Shown here piece by piece: positions 39,701 to 54,700 of a stretch of DNA of 64,000 bases; position 1 is the stretch's first letter; every line of letters begins with the position of its first letter. Origin of the DNA: Oligoflexales bacterium (GTDB taxonomy: Bacteria > Bdellovibrionota_B > Oligoflexia > Oligoflexales > RGVZ01); the NCBI GenBank assembly GCA_044236265.1, contig JBIIGV010000233.1:1-64000 (forward strand), given 5' to 3'. The position numbers were made by a program, and so were the translations under genes. The notes beneath the pieces were generated by a model, which made no database searches, was not told the DNA's origin, and worked only from the letters and a program-made list of their open reading frames with translations.

Positions 39701-42700
39701 AACACGGTCACGACGAGTGCGTTGCCAGCTAATACTGGTACTAGCCTATACGTGCGCTCCACAGATGCCGCAGGAAACGTGTCGAGTTGTACGCTTCTGA
39801 CTACTTACACCCATGACGGCATCCCAGCGACCGTGACAAACGTATCTTCCTCATCAACGAACGGTACTTACGGGGTTGGTAATACCGTTGCGATTGTGGT
39901 GACGTTCTCTGAAATCGTAAATGTGACTGGCGCTCCTCAGTTGACCTTGGAAACAGGCGCAATCGACGGTGTCGCGAATTACGTCTCCGGCAGTGGAACA
40001 ACGGCGCTAACATTTAATTATGTGGTTTCAGCTGGCGAGTCGTCCCTTGATCTGGATTATGGAAGCACGACGGCTTTGGGTTTGAATGGTGGAACCATTC
40101 GCGATCGGGCCGTGAATAACGCCGATCTGACCCTGCCTGCTGTGGGTGGTGCCAGTGCAATTGCAGCACAAAAAGGTATCATCATCGATACGACGGCACC
40201 GACTATTACATATTCGAGCATTTCTCCTGTGCCACCATCAGCTAGCATGTCCGCTTTCGTGACCCTGCAGGTCTCAGAGGCGTCAACAGTAACTCTCTAT
40301 AGTAATCCTGGGTGTTCTGCCGCTATCTCGAGCGCTAAGGCTATGATCTCTGGCGGCGATCAAATGATCTCAACTGTCAATCTTCCTACAAACACATCGA
40401 CGACCATCTATGCGCGTGCCGTAGATCCTGTTAATAACGTCTCTGAGTGCACGAACATGGTTGTCTATACGCACGATAACATTGCGCCTCAAGTAGATTC
40501 CTTTACACGGGCAGCGACTCAGGCATCATACACGAACTCCCTGCCAATGAACTTCACACTGACGTTCTCTGAGCCGATTATTCCTGAGACACTAACTGGC
40601 AGCGATTTTGTGAATATGGGAACAGCAACCGCAGTAACCTGGGGTGTAGCTGATTCTGGTGATCACCGAACATTTACAGTTTCTGCAACGGCTTCTGGCA
40701 ATGGGACTCTGAGACCTCGTTTGGCCAGTGGCGCTATCACTGACCTTGCAGGTATTGGTAACCCGCTCAACGCAACGTCTGACAATAGTGTGAATTATTC
40801 GATTGCTGCGTTTACTGTCACCGTGAATCAGGCTCCTGGCCAGGGCGATCCGGTGAACTCGCTGCCTATTAATTTTAGAGTCGTATTCTCCGGAGCCGTT
40901 GGTTCAAATAGCTTTACCGCGTCCGATGTTGTTCAAAACGGATCGGCAGAGGGTGTGACCTGGAATCTTTCTACAACCGATAACATCACATGGACCGTTT
41001 CGGCGACCGCTGTGAATATTCAGGGCACCGTGATTCCATTTATCTCTCCAAATACAGTTTTGGATGAATTTGGGAATAATAACGCGGCATCAACAAGTAC
41101 TGATAGCAGTGTCGTTTACGATATCGCTGCACCAGTCCTAACGTTTGCGTCGGTGACGCCGTCAAATCCTGCTGCAACGCGTACGCCGACAGTTTTGGGG
41201 ACCTCGTCTGAACCGTCAACTGTCACCCTCTACTACGATTCCGATTGTAGTACCGCCAAATCTTCGGCTGCATCTAACACAGTCTTCGCGAGTCCAGGTA
41301 TCGCTCTTACCTCGAATGTTGACGCTGACGTAACGACAACAATTTATGGTCGTGCTGTTGACGTGGCAGGAAACGTTTCTATCTGTACGAGTCTTGTCGG
41401 CTACCAGCATGATGGAACAAGTCCGACGGTAACGAACGTGACATCCACACTCGCCAACGGACCCTATAAAGCTGGCCAGCTTATTCCTATTCAGGTCACC
41501 TTCTCGGAGCCTGTCTTTGTTACGGGCGCTATGCAGCTGACTCTGGAGACAGGATTGTCCGATGCGGTGGTGGCGTATACCGTGGGGAGTGGAACAAGTA
41601 CTTTGACCTTCAACTACACCGTTGCTGCTGGTAATACGGCTGCCGATTTGGATTATGTGGGAACCTCAGCGTTGGCACTGATTTCGGGAACCATCAAAGA
41701 TAGCGTCGGTAATGATGCTAATCTCGCCCTGCCAAGTCCTGGGTCGTCTGGAAGCTTGGGTGCCAATAAGAGTCTTTGGATTGACACCACAGCGCCGGTC
41801 TTGGCATTCACCTCGATCAATCCTGTGTCTCCTGGTATCAGCCAAAATCCACAGGTCACATTCACAGTGTCTGAGTTGGTGCCGACTCTAAGGCTTTATA
41901 CGGACGCGATCTGTAGTGCCGCCATTTCAGGTTGGAACACGGGTAGTGCCGGCGCGAACACGATCGCGACAAGTACATTGGCCGGCAATGTTGCAACCAG
42001 CATCTTTGCTCAGGGAACTGACCCAGCAGGTAACACATCAAATTGTACGAGCCTGACGACTTATCTTAACGACGGCTTGGCGCCAACGGTGACAGGCGTC
42101 ACGTCAACTGCGGCGGATGGAACTTACGGCGGCGGCCAAGTTGTACCAATCAAGGTTGATCTTAGCGAAGTTGTTTTTGTGACGGGAACTCCCCAGTTGA
42201 CTCTTGAAACCGGTGCCTCCGACGCGGTGGTCAACTATTCATCGGGTAGCGGAACCACGTCTTTGATCTTCAACTACACAATCGTTCCTGGTCACGACTC
42301 CGTTGACTTGAACTATGCGTCGATGTCTGCGCTTGTTGCGAATGGTGGTAGCATTAAGGACCTTGCCGGTAATGATGCTAACCTTGCATTAGCGGCCCTT
42401 GATGCTGCGTCGAGTTTGGCGAGTCAGAAGGCTATCGTGATCGACACGACGGTCCCGGTGATGTCTTATGTTTCAATCTCTCCGGTTCCGCCGGCGCAAA
42501 GCCAGACACCAACTGTAACGTTTAGCTTGTCTGAGCCTTCAACCGTAACGCTGTACCGTGAGTCGGGATGTTCGACGGCGATTTCCAGTGCGATTCCACT
42601 AGCTGCCGGACCTGCTCAATCAATCACGACGAACACGTTGACATCAAACGCAGCGACAACGATTTTTGCCAAGGCCATTGATACGGTTACCAACCCGTCG

Positions 42701-45700
42701 GAGTGTACCCAATTAGTTGTTTACTCTCACGACAACACATCGCCTGCGGTCTCGTCTTTTGCTCGCAATGCAACACAGCCAGCAATGACCAACTCGTTGC
42801 CGATCAACTTTACGATCACATTCTCTGAACCAATCAATCCGTCGTCGTTCGTCTCAACTGATTTATCCAATGGCGGAACCGCGACAGGTGTTACCTGGTT
42901 TATTAATAATACCGGAGACAATCAGTCATTTACGGTTTCCGTCACAAACTCAGGAAACGGTACCATTATTCCGCGGCTTGCGAGCGGGTCAATTGCAGAT
43001 ATCGCCGGCAATACGAATTCAGGTATCACGTCTGCGTCGAATAGCGTCAACTATTCAGTTGCGCCATATACAGTGTCCGTTAATCAAGCGCCAACCCAGA
43101 TTGATCCTGTCAATACACTTCCGGTTAACTTTAGAGTTGTTTTCTCGAGTGCAGTTGGAAATAACACATTCACGCCTGCAGACATTGTCCAAAACGGTAC
43201 GGCAACAGGTATAACTTGGAGTCTTTCGACCACAGACAATATCACCTGGACGGTAGCTGCGACTGCGATTTCGGGCGGATCCGGCACTGTCATTCCGTCG
43301 ATCGCTGAAAATACTGTTACTGATGAGTTTGGAAATATCAACGGTGCATCCACATCGACTGACAACACTGTTATCTACGATGTGACGCCACCAGTGGTCA
43401 CTTATTCGTCCTTGGCTCCAGCCAATCCATCGTCTGAGTTGAGGCCGTCTTTCCTTGGAAGTGTGTCCGAGATATCGACGGTAACACTTTACTATGATGG
43501 ATCTTGTGCAAACGCTCGCTCAGCAACGGTTCCAAATACTCAATTTGCATCGCCTGGCATCACAGTTAACTCGAATGTTACGGCGAATAACTCGACAATA
43601 ATTTATGCGAAGGCCGTTGATACAGCGAACAATGAGTCAGCCTGTACAAGTCTTGTGTCCTATTTACACGATAGTATTGGCCCGTCTGTGGTTAGTGTCA
43701 GTGCAAACATTGCTGATGGTAGCTATAAGGCAGGAATGGTCCTTCCGATCACAGTGACGTTCACTGAAAATGTGTATGTGAATGGAACTCTGCAGATCAC
43801 TCTTGAAACGGGAACCTTCGATGCGGTCGTAAACAATTCATCTGGTAGTGGCACAGATACATTAGTGTTCAACTATGTTGTTGCTCCGGGCGAGGTGACG
43901 CCTGACCTTGAATATAGCGGGTCGGCGGCGTTAGCTCTTATTTCAGGGACTATTAAAGACGCTGTTGGTAACAATGCAGTATTGACGTTGCCGGCAACGG
44001 GAGCATCCGGAAGTCTTGGCCTCAACAAGTCTATTATCATTGATACAACGGCGCCGACGCTAACGTATACAAACATTTTCCCAGCTTCACCTGGCAACAC
44101 CCAAACACCGCAAGTCTCTTTGGATTTGACTGAGCCAGTAACCGTCCTTCGACTATACAGTGATGCAAGCTGTACTGCTGCGATATCGCCTGCGTCGACA
44201 GGGACTATTGGTCCAAATACGGTCACCACAAATACCTTGACTGCGAATGCATCGACTACCATCTATGGTCAGGGAACAGATGCTGCTGGCAACGTCTCGC
44301 TTTGTACGCTTCTGACCTCTTACCAGCACGACGGTATTTCACCAACGGTAACCTCGGTTAGTTCGAGTTCAGCCAATGGTTCTTACGGTGTTGGGCAAAC
44401 TGTCGCAGTGACAGTGGTGTTCTCCGAGCCAGTGCTTGTTTCCGGAACGCCACAAATTACGCTTGAGACCGGATCTAGTGATGCTGTGGTTAATATGACC
44501 ACTGGCACCGGAACCAACACGCTGACCTTTAACTATACTGTTCGCGCTGGTGACACGACTGGCGACCTTGATTATCTGTCAAATGCTGCACTGGCATTGA
44601 ATGGTGGAATCATTAAGGATCCCGCAGAGAATCTCGCGGTATTAGCGCTTCCAAACACAGGAGGCGCTACCAGTATTGCGGGTCAAAAGAATATCGTGAT
44701 CGATACCACCGCCCCAGTCATAACTTATCAATCCGTATCCCCGTCGTCGCCAGCCATGAGCCAGACACCCACGTTGACAGTGACCATGTCTGAGACGGCC
44801 ACTGTGACTTTGTACAGTAACGGTTCATGTTCATCAGCTGTTTCGACTCCGACGGTTTTAAATGGCGGCGTGGGCCGAACGATTTCTACCAACGCCCTCC
44901 CAGCTAATACCACGACGACGCTTTACGCGAAGGCTGTCGACCCAGTTAATAACGTGTCTAGCTGTTCGGTGATGGTGGTTTACACACACGATATCACGAG
45001 CCCAACAGTCAGTTCATTTACGAGATCGGCTGGGCAGCTTGCCTCTACAAACTCCGTGCCGGTCAATTTCACTTTGACGTTCTCAGAGCCAATTAATCCA
45101 AATAGCTTCACTGCAGCTGATATCAGTAATTTCGGTACGTCCACGGGCGTCCTCTGGACGGTCACCAATACAGGGGACAATACGTCATTTATTGTAGCTG
45201 CCACTGTCGCCAGCAATGGAACGTTGCAGCCTCGACTGGCAAGCGGTGGAGTTACGGATGTGGCCGGCAACTCAAACTTTGGTAACGTGAACTCCAGCAA
45301 TACGGTTAATTATTTTGTTGCTGCCTACACTGTAATGGTCAACCAAAATGATGGACAAGCTGAGAGTACAAATGCGCTGCCAATCAATTTCACCGTCGTA
45401 TTCTCCGGTGCTGTCGGCAATAACACCTTTGATACATCGGACATTGTGCAAAATGGTACGGCATCTGGTATCACATGGTCGCTATCAAGTAGCGATGGAA
45501 TCACTTGGAATCTTTCTGCGACTTCGATTCTTGGAGACGGAACAGTTATTCCGTCAGTTGCAGCCAACACTGTTGTGGACGAATTTGGAAACAACAACGG
45601 CGCTTCAACGTCATCCGATAACTCGGTGAATTACGATGTCACCCTTCCAATCGTTGCGTTCTCGTCGGTCAGCCCATCTAATCCGGCTGCAACTCTGAAG

Positions 45701-48700
45701 CCTACGATTCGCGGTACTGTGACAGAGTCCTCGACAGTGGCTCTTTACTATGATTCAGGATGTTCGACTGCAAAATCTTCGGCAATGTCCAATACGGTAT
45801 TTGCAAGTCCTGGTATTACGGTGACTGGTAACGTCAATGCAAATACCACGACAGCGATTTATGCTAAAGCCGTAGACGCCGTTGGCAACGTCTCAAGTTG
45901 TACTTATCTTACGACCTATAATCACGACGGCATTGGCCCAGTAGTCACGGGTGTCAATGCGACCATGAGTGATGCAAACTACAAGGCTGGTCAGACGATT
46001 CCGATTACGGTGACTTTCAATGAGTTGGTTTTTGTTACGGGTACGCCTCAGATAACTCTCGAAACCGGTTCAGCTGACGCGATCGTAAACTATACGTCTG
46101 GTTCGGGTACGAATACCTTAACGTTCAACTATATCGTCTTTGCTGGTGATACATCTGCTGACCTGGATTACATCAGTACCACGGCGTTGACCTTTAACGC
46201 TGGTACTATCAAGGACGGTGTAGGCAACAGTGCGACTCTGACATTAGCTGCGCCTGGAAGTTCGGGAAGCTTGGGTGCTAATCGGGCTATCATTATTGAT
46301 ACAACTGCGCCCGTGATCACTTATAACAGTATTGCGCCGACATCACCAGGAATCAGTCTAGCTCCACAACTGACGTTGACGTTGTCTGAGGCTGTAACAG
46401 CGTTCCGCTTCTACTCAGACCCAGTCTGTAGCTCTCCGATATCTTCGTCCGCTTCAATGGGTTCAGGTTCTAATACCCGCGCTACGGACACTCTTGCTGC
46501 AAACGTGGTAACGACCATCTATGGGCAAAGTGTCGACCAAGCTGGCAACACATCGCTGTGTACCATGCTGACCAGCTATCGCCACGACGATGTCGGTCCG
46601 ACTGTTTCAAGTGTCACATCAACAGCCAATAATGCGACTTATGGTGTTGGTGCGGTGATCCCTGTAACGGTCACATTTACGGAACCAGTTTTTGTCACCG
46701 GAACGCCGCAGATAACGTTGGAAACTGGCGTAACTGATGCAGTTGTGAATTATTCATCAGGATCCGGTACATCGACCTTACGATTTAACTATACTGTTGC
46801 ATTGGGACAGAATACGGGTGACCTGGAGTATGTGGGTACATCGTCCCTGTCTCTCAACAGTGGCTCAATTCTCGATACGGCCGGAAACGCCGTCGATCTG
46901 GCTCTTCCAGCCCTCGGCAGTGCTGGAAGCATTGCAGGTCAGAAAAATATTGTGGTCGATACGACCGCGCCAACATTGACGTATGAGAGCATTGCGCCGG
47001 TTTCGCCTGGTATGAGCCAGATGCCGATTGTGACGGTGGCTCTCTCAGAGCCAGCAAACGTGACTTTATATAGTGATCACACATGTTCGGCAGCTATTTC
47101 TGGTTCGACATCGCTCAGTTCTGGATCCGGTCAGGCAATTACAACTTTTACATTGACAAGCAACACGACGACCGACATCTACGGTAAAGCCGTCGACCCT
47201 GTGTCGAACGCATCATCATGTCTGAACTTAGTGGTCTATACGCACGATAACGTCGCGCCATCGGTGGCGTCATTTGTTAGAGCTGCTGGCCAGCCATCGT
47301 TCACCAACTCAATTCCTATCAATTTCACGATGACGTTGAATGAGCCAGTCGACGTATCAACAATTACTGCGAGTGATATCAGTAATACCGGTACAGCCAC
47401 AGGAATCACCTGGTCAGTTACATCTGTGTCGAATACTGTCTTCACGGTTTCGGCGACGTCCAGTGGAACAGGGACTTTAATTCCAAGACTTGCAAACGGA
47501 AGCTTCCAGGACGTCGCAGGAAATGTGAGCATCAGTCAGTTCACGGCCAGTGAATCCGTTAATTACACGGCTTCGCCGTTCACAGTGACGATCAATCAGG
47601 CATCCAGCCAGGGTGATCCATCTGCTACGGATCCGGTTAACTTTACGGTGGTCTTCTCTCGTGCGGTTGGTTCAGGAAGCTTTACGGCTGCTGATATCGT
47701 TCAGAACGGATCTCTGGGTTCCATCACTTGGACGTTAACCACGTCAGATGATATCACTTGGAATCTTGCTGCGAGCGGTATGGCAGCTACTGGGACTTTG
47801 ATACCATCTATTGCCTCCGGAACGGTTGTTGACCTATATGGCAATAGCAACGCGGCTTCAACCTCGACTGATAATACGGTTAATTTTGACATCACGCCGC
47901 CAACACTGGCGTTTGCATCGTTGAGCCCATCAAATCCAGCGGCGACCCTAAGGCCAACCATCAGGGGTACGGCGTCTAAGGCTTCAACAGTGACGCTTTA
48001 CTATGATGTCTCTTGTTCGACAGCTAAGTCTGCTGGCGCATCTAATACGTCGTTTGCAACGCCGGGTATTACGCCAACCGCCAACGTGAATAGCAACACG
48101 ACGACAATAATTTACGCAAAAGCTGTGGACAGCCTTGGCAATGCTTCGTCCTGTACAAGCCTTGTGACTTATTCACATGACGGCGTTTCACCAACAGTGA
48201 CCGGTGTGAGTTCAACGCTTGCTAACGGTCCCTATAAGGCTGGCCAGTTAATACCGATTACGATTTCGTTTACCGAGGTGGTCACTGTAACCGGTACACC
48301 ATCTCTTACGCTTGAGACAGGTGCCGCTGACTCTGTCGTGAATTACTCCTCCGGATCTGGAACCAATACATTGACCTTCAATTATACGGTCTTCAACGGT
48401 GATACCGCCGCAGACCTGGACTACGTTAGTTCGGCGGCTCTGGCCCTTAATAATGGTTCTATCAAGGATCCTGTTGGTAATGATGCAACCCTAACGCTTC
48501 CAGCGCCGGGGGCTCTAAACAGCCTTGGATCGAATAAAAATCTTGTGATCGATACAACCGCGCCAGCGTTGACCTACACGTCGATTCTGCCCGTACCTCC
48601 TAGCTCCAGCAGTACGCCACAAGTCAGCTTGTCTAGCAATGAGGCAGCAACCAATCTACAGCTTTATTCCAATTCTTCATGCTCGACCGCAATTTCGTCT

Positions 48701-51700
48701 CCCGCTTCTGGAACCGTCGGCGGAAACGTTATTTCCTCAACCGGTGTCAATCTCAATGCTCCTACAACGGTCTACGCCCAAGCAACAGATTCTGCTGGTA
48801 ACATCTCGACCTGTACCCTCATGACCACTTACGTCCATGATGATGTGCCGCCAACTATTACGTCGGTTAGTTCGAGCTCAGGAAACGGCACTTACAGAGT
48901 CGGCCAGTCTTTGGCAATTACGGCCACGTTCTCGGATCCCGTCACCGTTTCTGGCGTACCGCAGTTAGCGATGGAAACTGGTGCTGTTGATACGGTCGCA
49001 AATTATTCGTCTGGGTCAGGATCAAGCACTCTCACATTTACGTATACGATCGCACTAAACGATACGTCATCAGATCTGGATTATGCGGGAACAAGTGCTC
49101 TGGCGTTAAATGGTGGCTCGATTATCGATGCTGCTGGCAACAATGCAGCATTAACGCTGCCTGCGCCCGCTGGTACCGGAAGTTTGGGGGCACAGAAGGC
49201 TTTGGTGATCCAGACGGCGCCTCCAGTATTGTCTTACACATCGATTGCCCCAACCTCTCCTGGAACCAGCCGTCAGCCTGTAGTCACATTAAGTGTTAAC
49301 GAAGCTGCAACGGTTACGTTATACAGTGATTCTGGCTGCGGGACAGCGATTTCGACGGGTACAGCGATTTCCACGGGAGCAGGTCAGACAATCACTGCTT
49401 ACACACTTCCATCAAATACAGGCACCTCGATATACGGCAAAGCGGTAGCGGCTTACGGTAACACGTCAGCTTGTACTAACTTGGTTGTCTATACGCACGA
49501 TAATATCGCCCCAACCGTGACGTCTTTTGTGAAGGCAGCCGGCCAGAACTCATTCACAAACTCGATTCCTCTGAACTTCACATTGACCTTTAGTGAACCT
49601 ATCAATGCGTCTAGCTTCACGGTTAATGATTTGATGAATATTGGCACCGCTACCGGCGTGTCATGGGAGATTGTGCCCGTTAGCTCTACAGTCTACACGG
49701 TGTCCGTAACATCGGCTGGTAACGGCAGTGTCACGCCGCAGTTGGTTTCTGGCACTGTGACCGATCCAGCCGGCAACGCGACCGCAAACAACTATGATTC
49801 CGCCGACACGGTAAACTATACGGCCGCTGCATTCACGGTTTCGGTGAACCAAGCTTCTGGTCAGGCTGATCCAGTCAATGTCCTGCCGGTTTCGTATACG
49901 GTGGTATTCTCAGGTGCTGTTGGTTCGTCCAGTTTTGATGTGTCGGATGTGACCCAGGCTGGTACAGCGTCAGGTGTGACTTGGGGCCTTAGCACCGCAG
50001 ACAACATCACATGGACGTTGACGGCAACAGCTGCTTCGTCATCTGGAACGATCATTCCTTCCATAGCAGCAGACCGGGTTGTAGATGCTTTCGGTAACAA
50101 TAATTCTGCTGCAACATCCACGGATAAGACCGTGACCTATGACATCACGAGTCCTACAGTCACATTTGCTTCATTAAGTCCTGCTAATCCATCGTCTAGC
50201 TTGACACCAACCATTCGTGGAACTGTGTCTGAGGCGTCTACTGTGACGCTATATTATGATGTGAATTGCTCGACTGGTAAATCGGCAGCGACCGCAAGCA
50301 CGGCTTTCGCAAGTCCTGGTATCGTCGTGAACGCGAACGTGAATAGCAACACATCAACGGCGATTTATGCAAAAGCTGTCGATAATGTTGGAAACGAATC
50401 TTCCTGTACGTCGCTTGTTAGCTACACCCATGACGGCGTATCGCCAACGATTACCAATGTGACCTCTGGTCTAGCTGATGGAACCTATAAAGCGGGTCAG
50501 GTCGTCCCTGTGTCCCTCACATTCTCTGAAGCTGTCACGGTAACCGGCACTCCAAAAATTAGTCTTGAGACAGGAGCCACTGACGCGGTGGTTGCGTACA
50601 GCTCCGGTTCAGGAACCAACACGCTAACATTCAATTACACGGTCTTCTCCGGTGATGTGTCTGCAGATCTTGATTACATCAGCACCACAGCGTTGGCTCT
50701 TGATGGTGGAACGATCAGAGATCATGTGGGTAACAATGCGGTTGTGACTTTGCCGGCACCCGGAACCTCCGGAAGTTTAGCGGCGAATAAGGCACTTGTA
50801 GTTGATACGGCTCCGCCGAGTGTTACGTTCACAAGTATCTCGCCAGTGTCTCCAGGAAGCTCGCGTACGCCTCAGTTGGTAGTCAATACATCCGAGGCGA
50901 TGTCTGACATCCAGATTTACACGGATGCAAGTTGTACGACCTCGGTCTCGAGCTCTCAGTCGGCAGGCGTAGGATCTAAGTCCATCACAACGTCACCCTT
51001 GCCTGCAAACGCGCAGTCCTCTCTTTATGCTTATGGATTGGATATAGCCGGAAACCCTTCTGCTTGTACGCTCATGACCAGTTATCTCCACGATGACCTT
51101 GGCGCTACGATTGCATTTGTCACATCGACAAGTTCAAACGGTACCTATGGTGTCGGCAATCAAATTGTGATTACGGTTCGCTTCTCGGAAGCAGTTTATG
51201 TGACCGGAGTTCCGCAATTAACACTTGAGACTGGTGCTTCTGATGCCGTGGTGAACTATGCCTCTGGTTCTGGCACAAACACCCTTTCATTCAACTATAA
51301 TGTCTTGTCTGGCCAATCATCGGTTGATCTTGATTATCAATCGACGACGTCGCTCAGTCTGAATAGCGGTACGATCAAGGACGTCTCAGGTAACAATGCG
51401 ACTCTAACACTTCCAACTCCTGGTGACTCCAATAGCTTGGCTGGTCAAAAGGATATTGTGATTGATAATACGGCTCCAACGATCACTTACACATCCATCT
51501 CGCCGCCATCGCCTGGCATAAGTCAGACTCCAACAGTGACGATGGACTTGTCAGAGAGCGCAACGGTTACTCTGTATAGCGATAACACTTGCACGGCCGC
51601 CATCTCTAACGCGACGCTCTTAAGCGGTGGGGCTGGCCAGACGGTCACAACGATTTCTTTAACTCCAAATGCTACAACCACGATCTACGCGAAGGGTCTC

Positions 51701-54700
51701 GACGCCGTTAGCAACGCGTCAACCTGTACAAACTTGGTGTCCTATGTCCACGATAATACGCCGCCACTTGCGAGCACGTTCGCGCGGGCCTCTGGTCAAC
51801 CAGCACTCACTAATTCGCTGCCAATTAACTTCACAGTTGCCTTCAATGAGCCAATCGCAGCCTCCTCATTCACCTCGGCTGATATCAGTAACGGCGGAAC
51901 TGCGACGGGAACGACTTGGACGGTGACCGCTGTCAGCTCGAACACTTACACAATTGCTGCAACGACGGCTAATAACGGAACCCTGATTCCACGTATTGCT
52001 CTCGGTGGTGTAACAGATATCGCGGGCAACGCGACGACATCCATGAATAATAGCTCTGAGACGGTGAACTATTCGACGGCCGCACTTTCTGTGGTTATCA
52101 ATCAGGCAGCTGGGCAAGCTGACCCAGTTGCGTCTGGGCCAATTACCTTTACGGTTCAGTTCTCTAACCCGGTAAATCCTGGGACCTTCACTGCGGCAGA
52201 TATTGTTCAAAATGGTACGGCGACTGGAATCAGCTGGGCATTAACGACAACTGATGACACCACATGGAACCTGACAGCTTCCGGTATGGCGGGTTCTGGA
52301 ACCGTTATTCCAAGTATTGCGGATACGACCGTTGTTGACGTCTTCGGCAATAACAATGCGGCTTCAACCTCAACCGATAATACTGTCACTTACGACATTA
52401 CGGCTCCGTCCTTGACGTTCTCGTCTCTGTCTCCTTCAAATCCCGGTTCTACCTTGACTCCAAGTGTGCGGGGTACGGCGTCTAAAGCGTCCACAGTTAC
52501 GTTGTACTTCGATAGTCTTTGTTCAACCTCTAAGTCAGCTGCGACGGCGAGCACAGCATTTTCCTCGCCTGGTATCACACTGACCGGTCTTGTGAATTCA
52601 AATACGACCACGACAATTTATGCAATGGCAGTTGACGCCTTGGGTAATGCCTCTGGTTGTACACAGATGGTTGTTTACACCCACGACGGAGCGCCGCCAA
52701 CCGTGACATCGATCAGCTCGACTTTAGCTGATGGTTACTATATGGCAGGTCAATTGATCCCAATTACAGTGACGTTCTCAGAAAATGTTACTGTGACCGG
52801 TACTCCTAATTTGGCGCTAGAGACCGGCTCGACGGACGCCACGATCAACTATACGTCGGGAAGTGGTTCAAATGTTCTGACATTCAACTACACAGTAGCT
52901 GCAGGTGATACATCCTCGGACCTTGATTTTGTTGGATCCTCTTCGCTCGTTCTTAATGGTGGAACGATTCGCGATGTCATTGGTAACAATGCAATCCTGA
53001 CGCTTCCGGCACCTGGAACCGCAGGAAGTCTTGCTGCCAACAAAGCACTTGTAGTTGATACAGCAGCACCTTCGCTGACCTACACGTCCATCAATCCAGT
53101 TTCACCGAATTCAAGTCAAACACCACAGGTAACGCTTGTGCTCTCCGAAGCTGCTCAGAACGTTCAGCTTTATTCAAATCCTGTCTGTAACAATGCGATA
53201 TCGTCCTCCAGTGTAGGTTCAGTCGGGACCAATGTGATCACGACGACCACTCTCCTCAGTAATGCGACGACATCGATCTTTGCCAAAATGACGGACTTAG
53301 CTGGAAATGATTCATTCTGCGTATCGATGACGAACTATGCGAACGACATGACGGCACCAGGTGTTTCGTCCGTCACTTCGACCTCAACCAACGGCACCTA
53401 CGTTGTGGGTCAAACGATTCCGGTTTCGATTACCTTCTCAGAGAACGTTTATGTAACCGGCACACCGCAGCTCACCATGGAGACGGGAGCCACTGATACT
53501 GTTGCAGACTATGCTTCTGGATCTGGAACGAATACGCTCGTCTTTAATTATGTCATCGCTTTAAATGACGCGTCTCTTGATCTTGATTATCATTCGGCCG
53601 GTGCCTTGGGTGCCAATGGCGGAACGATTAAAGATCTTGCTGGTAACAACGCTGTTCTTACGTTGGCATCCCCGGGGGCTGCTAGTAGCTTGGGCGCCAA
53701 CAAAGCGATTGTGATTCAAACGACTCTGCCGACCATTAGCAGTGCTTCAATTAGTCCTGCGTCTCCAGGTAGCACTCGTACGCCAACGGTTTCGATGACT
53801 CTATCAGACGCATCGACGGTCACTCTGTATAGCAACTCTGACTGTTCAACAGCGATCTCGGCAGCAAAATCTCTGGTCGCTGGTTCAGGTCAAACAGTGA
53901 CGACTTACACGCTAGCGTCCAATGTTGCGACACAGATTTATGGAAAGGCTGTAGCTGCCTTTGGTAACACGTCGGTCTGTACATCTTTAATTAGTTACAC
54001 ACACGATGATGTGGCGCCATTCGTGAGCAGCTTTGTGCGCGCTAGCGGTCAAAATGCATTCACAAATTCCACTCCAGTGAACTTCACTCTCACCCTGAGC
54101 GAATCGATCAACGTAAGCACGCTGACCGCGGTAGATATTTCCAATGCCGGTACTGCGACGAATGTGGTTTGGTCTGTAGCATCAGTTAGCAGCTCAGTCT
54201 TTACAATCTCCGCTAACTCGTCTGACAACGGAACAATTATTCCTCGCCTGGCCGCCAATGCTGTGGCAGATCCAGCTGGAAACACGAATGTTGCTCAGGC
54301 AAGCGCAACTGATACAGTGTCATACACGGCAGCAACCTACACCGTGACCCTCAACCAGGCCACGGGACAATCTGATCCGATCAATGCACTGCCAGTAAAC
54401 TTCACAGTTGTATTCTCAAGTGCCGTTGGTTCTTCGAGTTTTGATGTCTCTGATATCACTCAGACAGGTACAGCTAGTGGAATTACTTGGACTCTTGCGA
54501 GCGCTGACCAGATTACGTGGACGCTTTCTGTAACAGCTGTAACGACTCCGGGTTCTATCGTTCCAATGATAGCGTCGAACCGAGTGGTAGACGAGTTTGG
54601 TAACCAGAATGGACAGTCTGCCTCTACCGATAATTCCGTTGTCTATGACACGGCCGCACCTGTGGTCACGTTCTCGTCGGTTACACCAGCTAATCCGTCT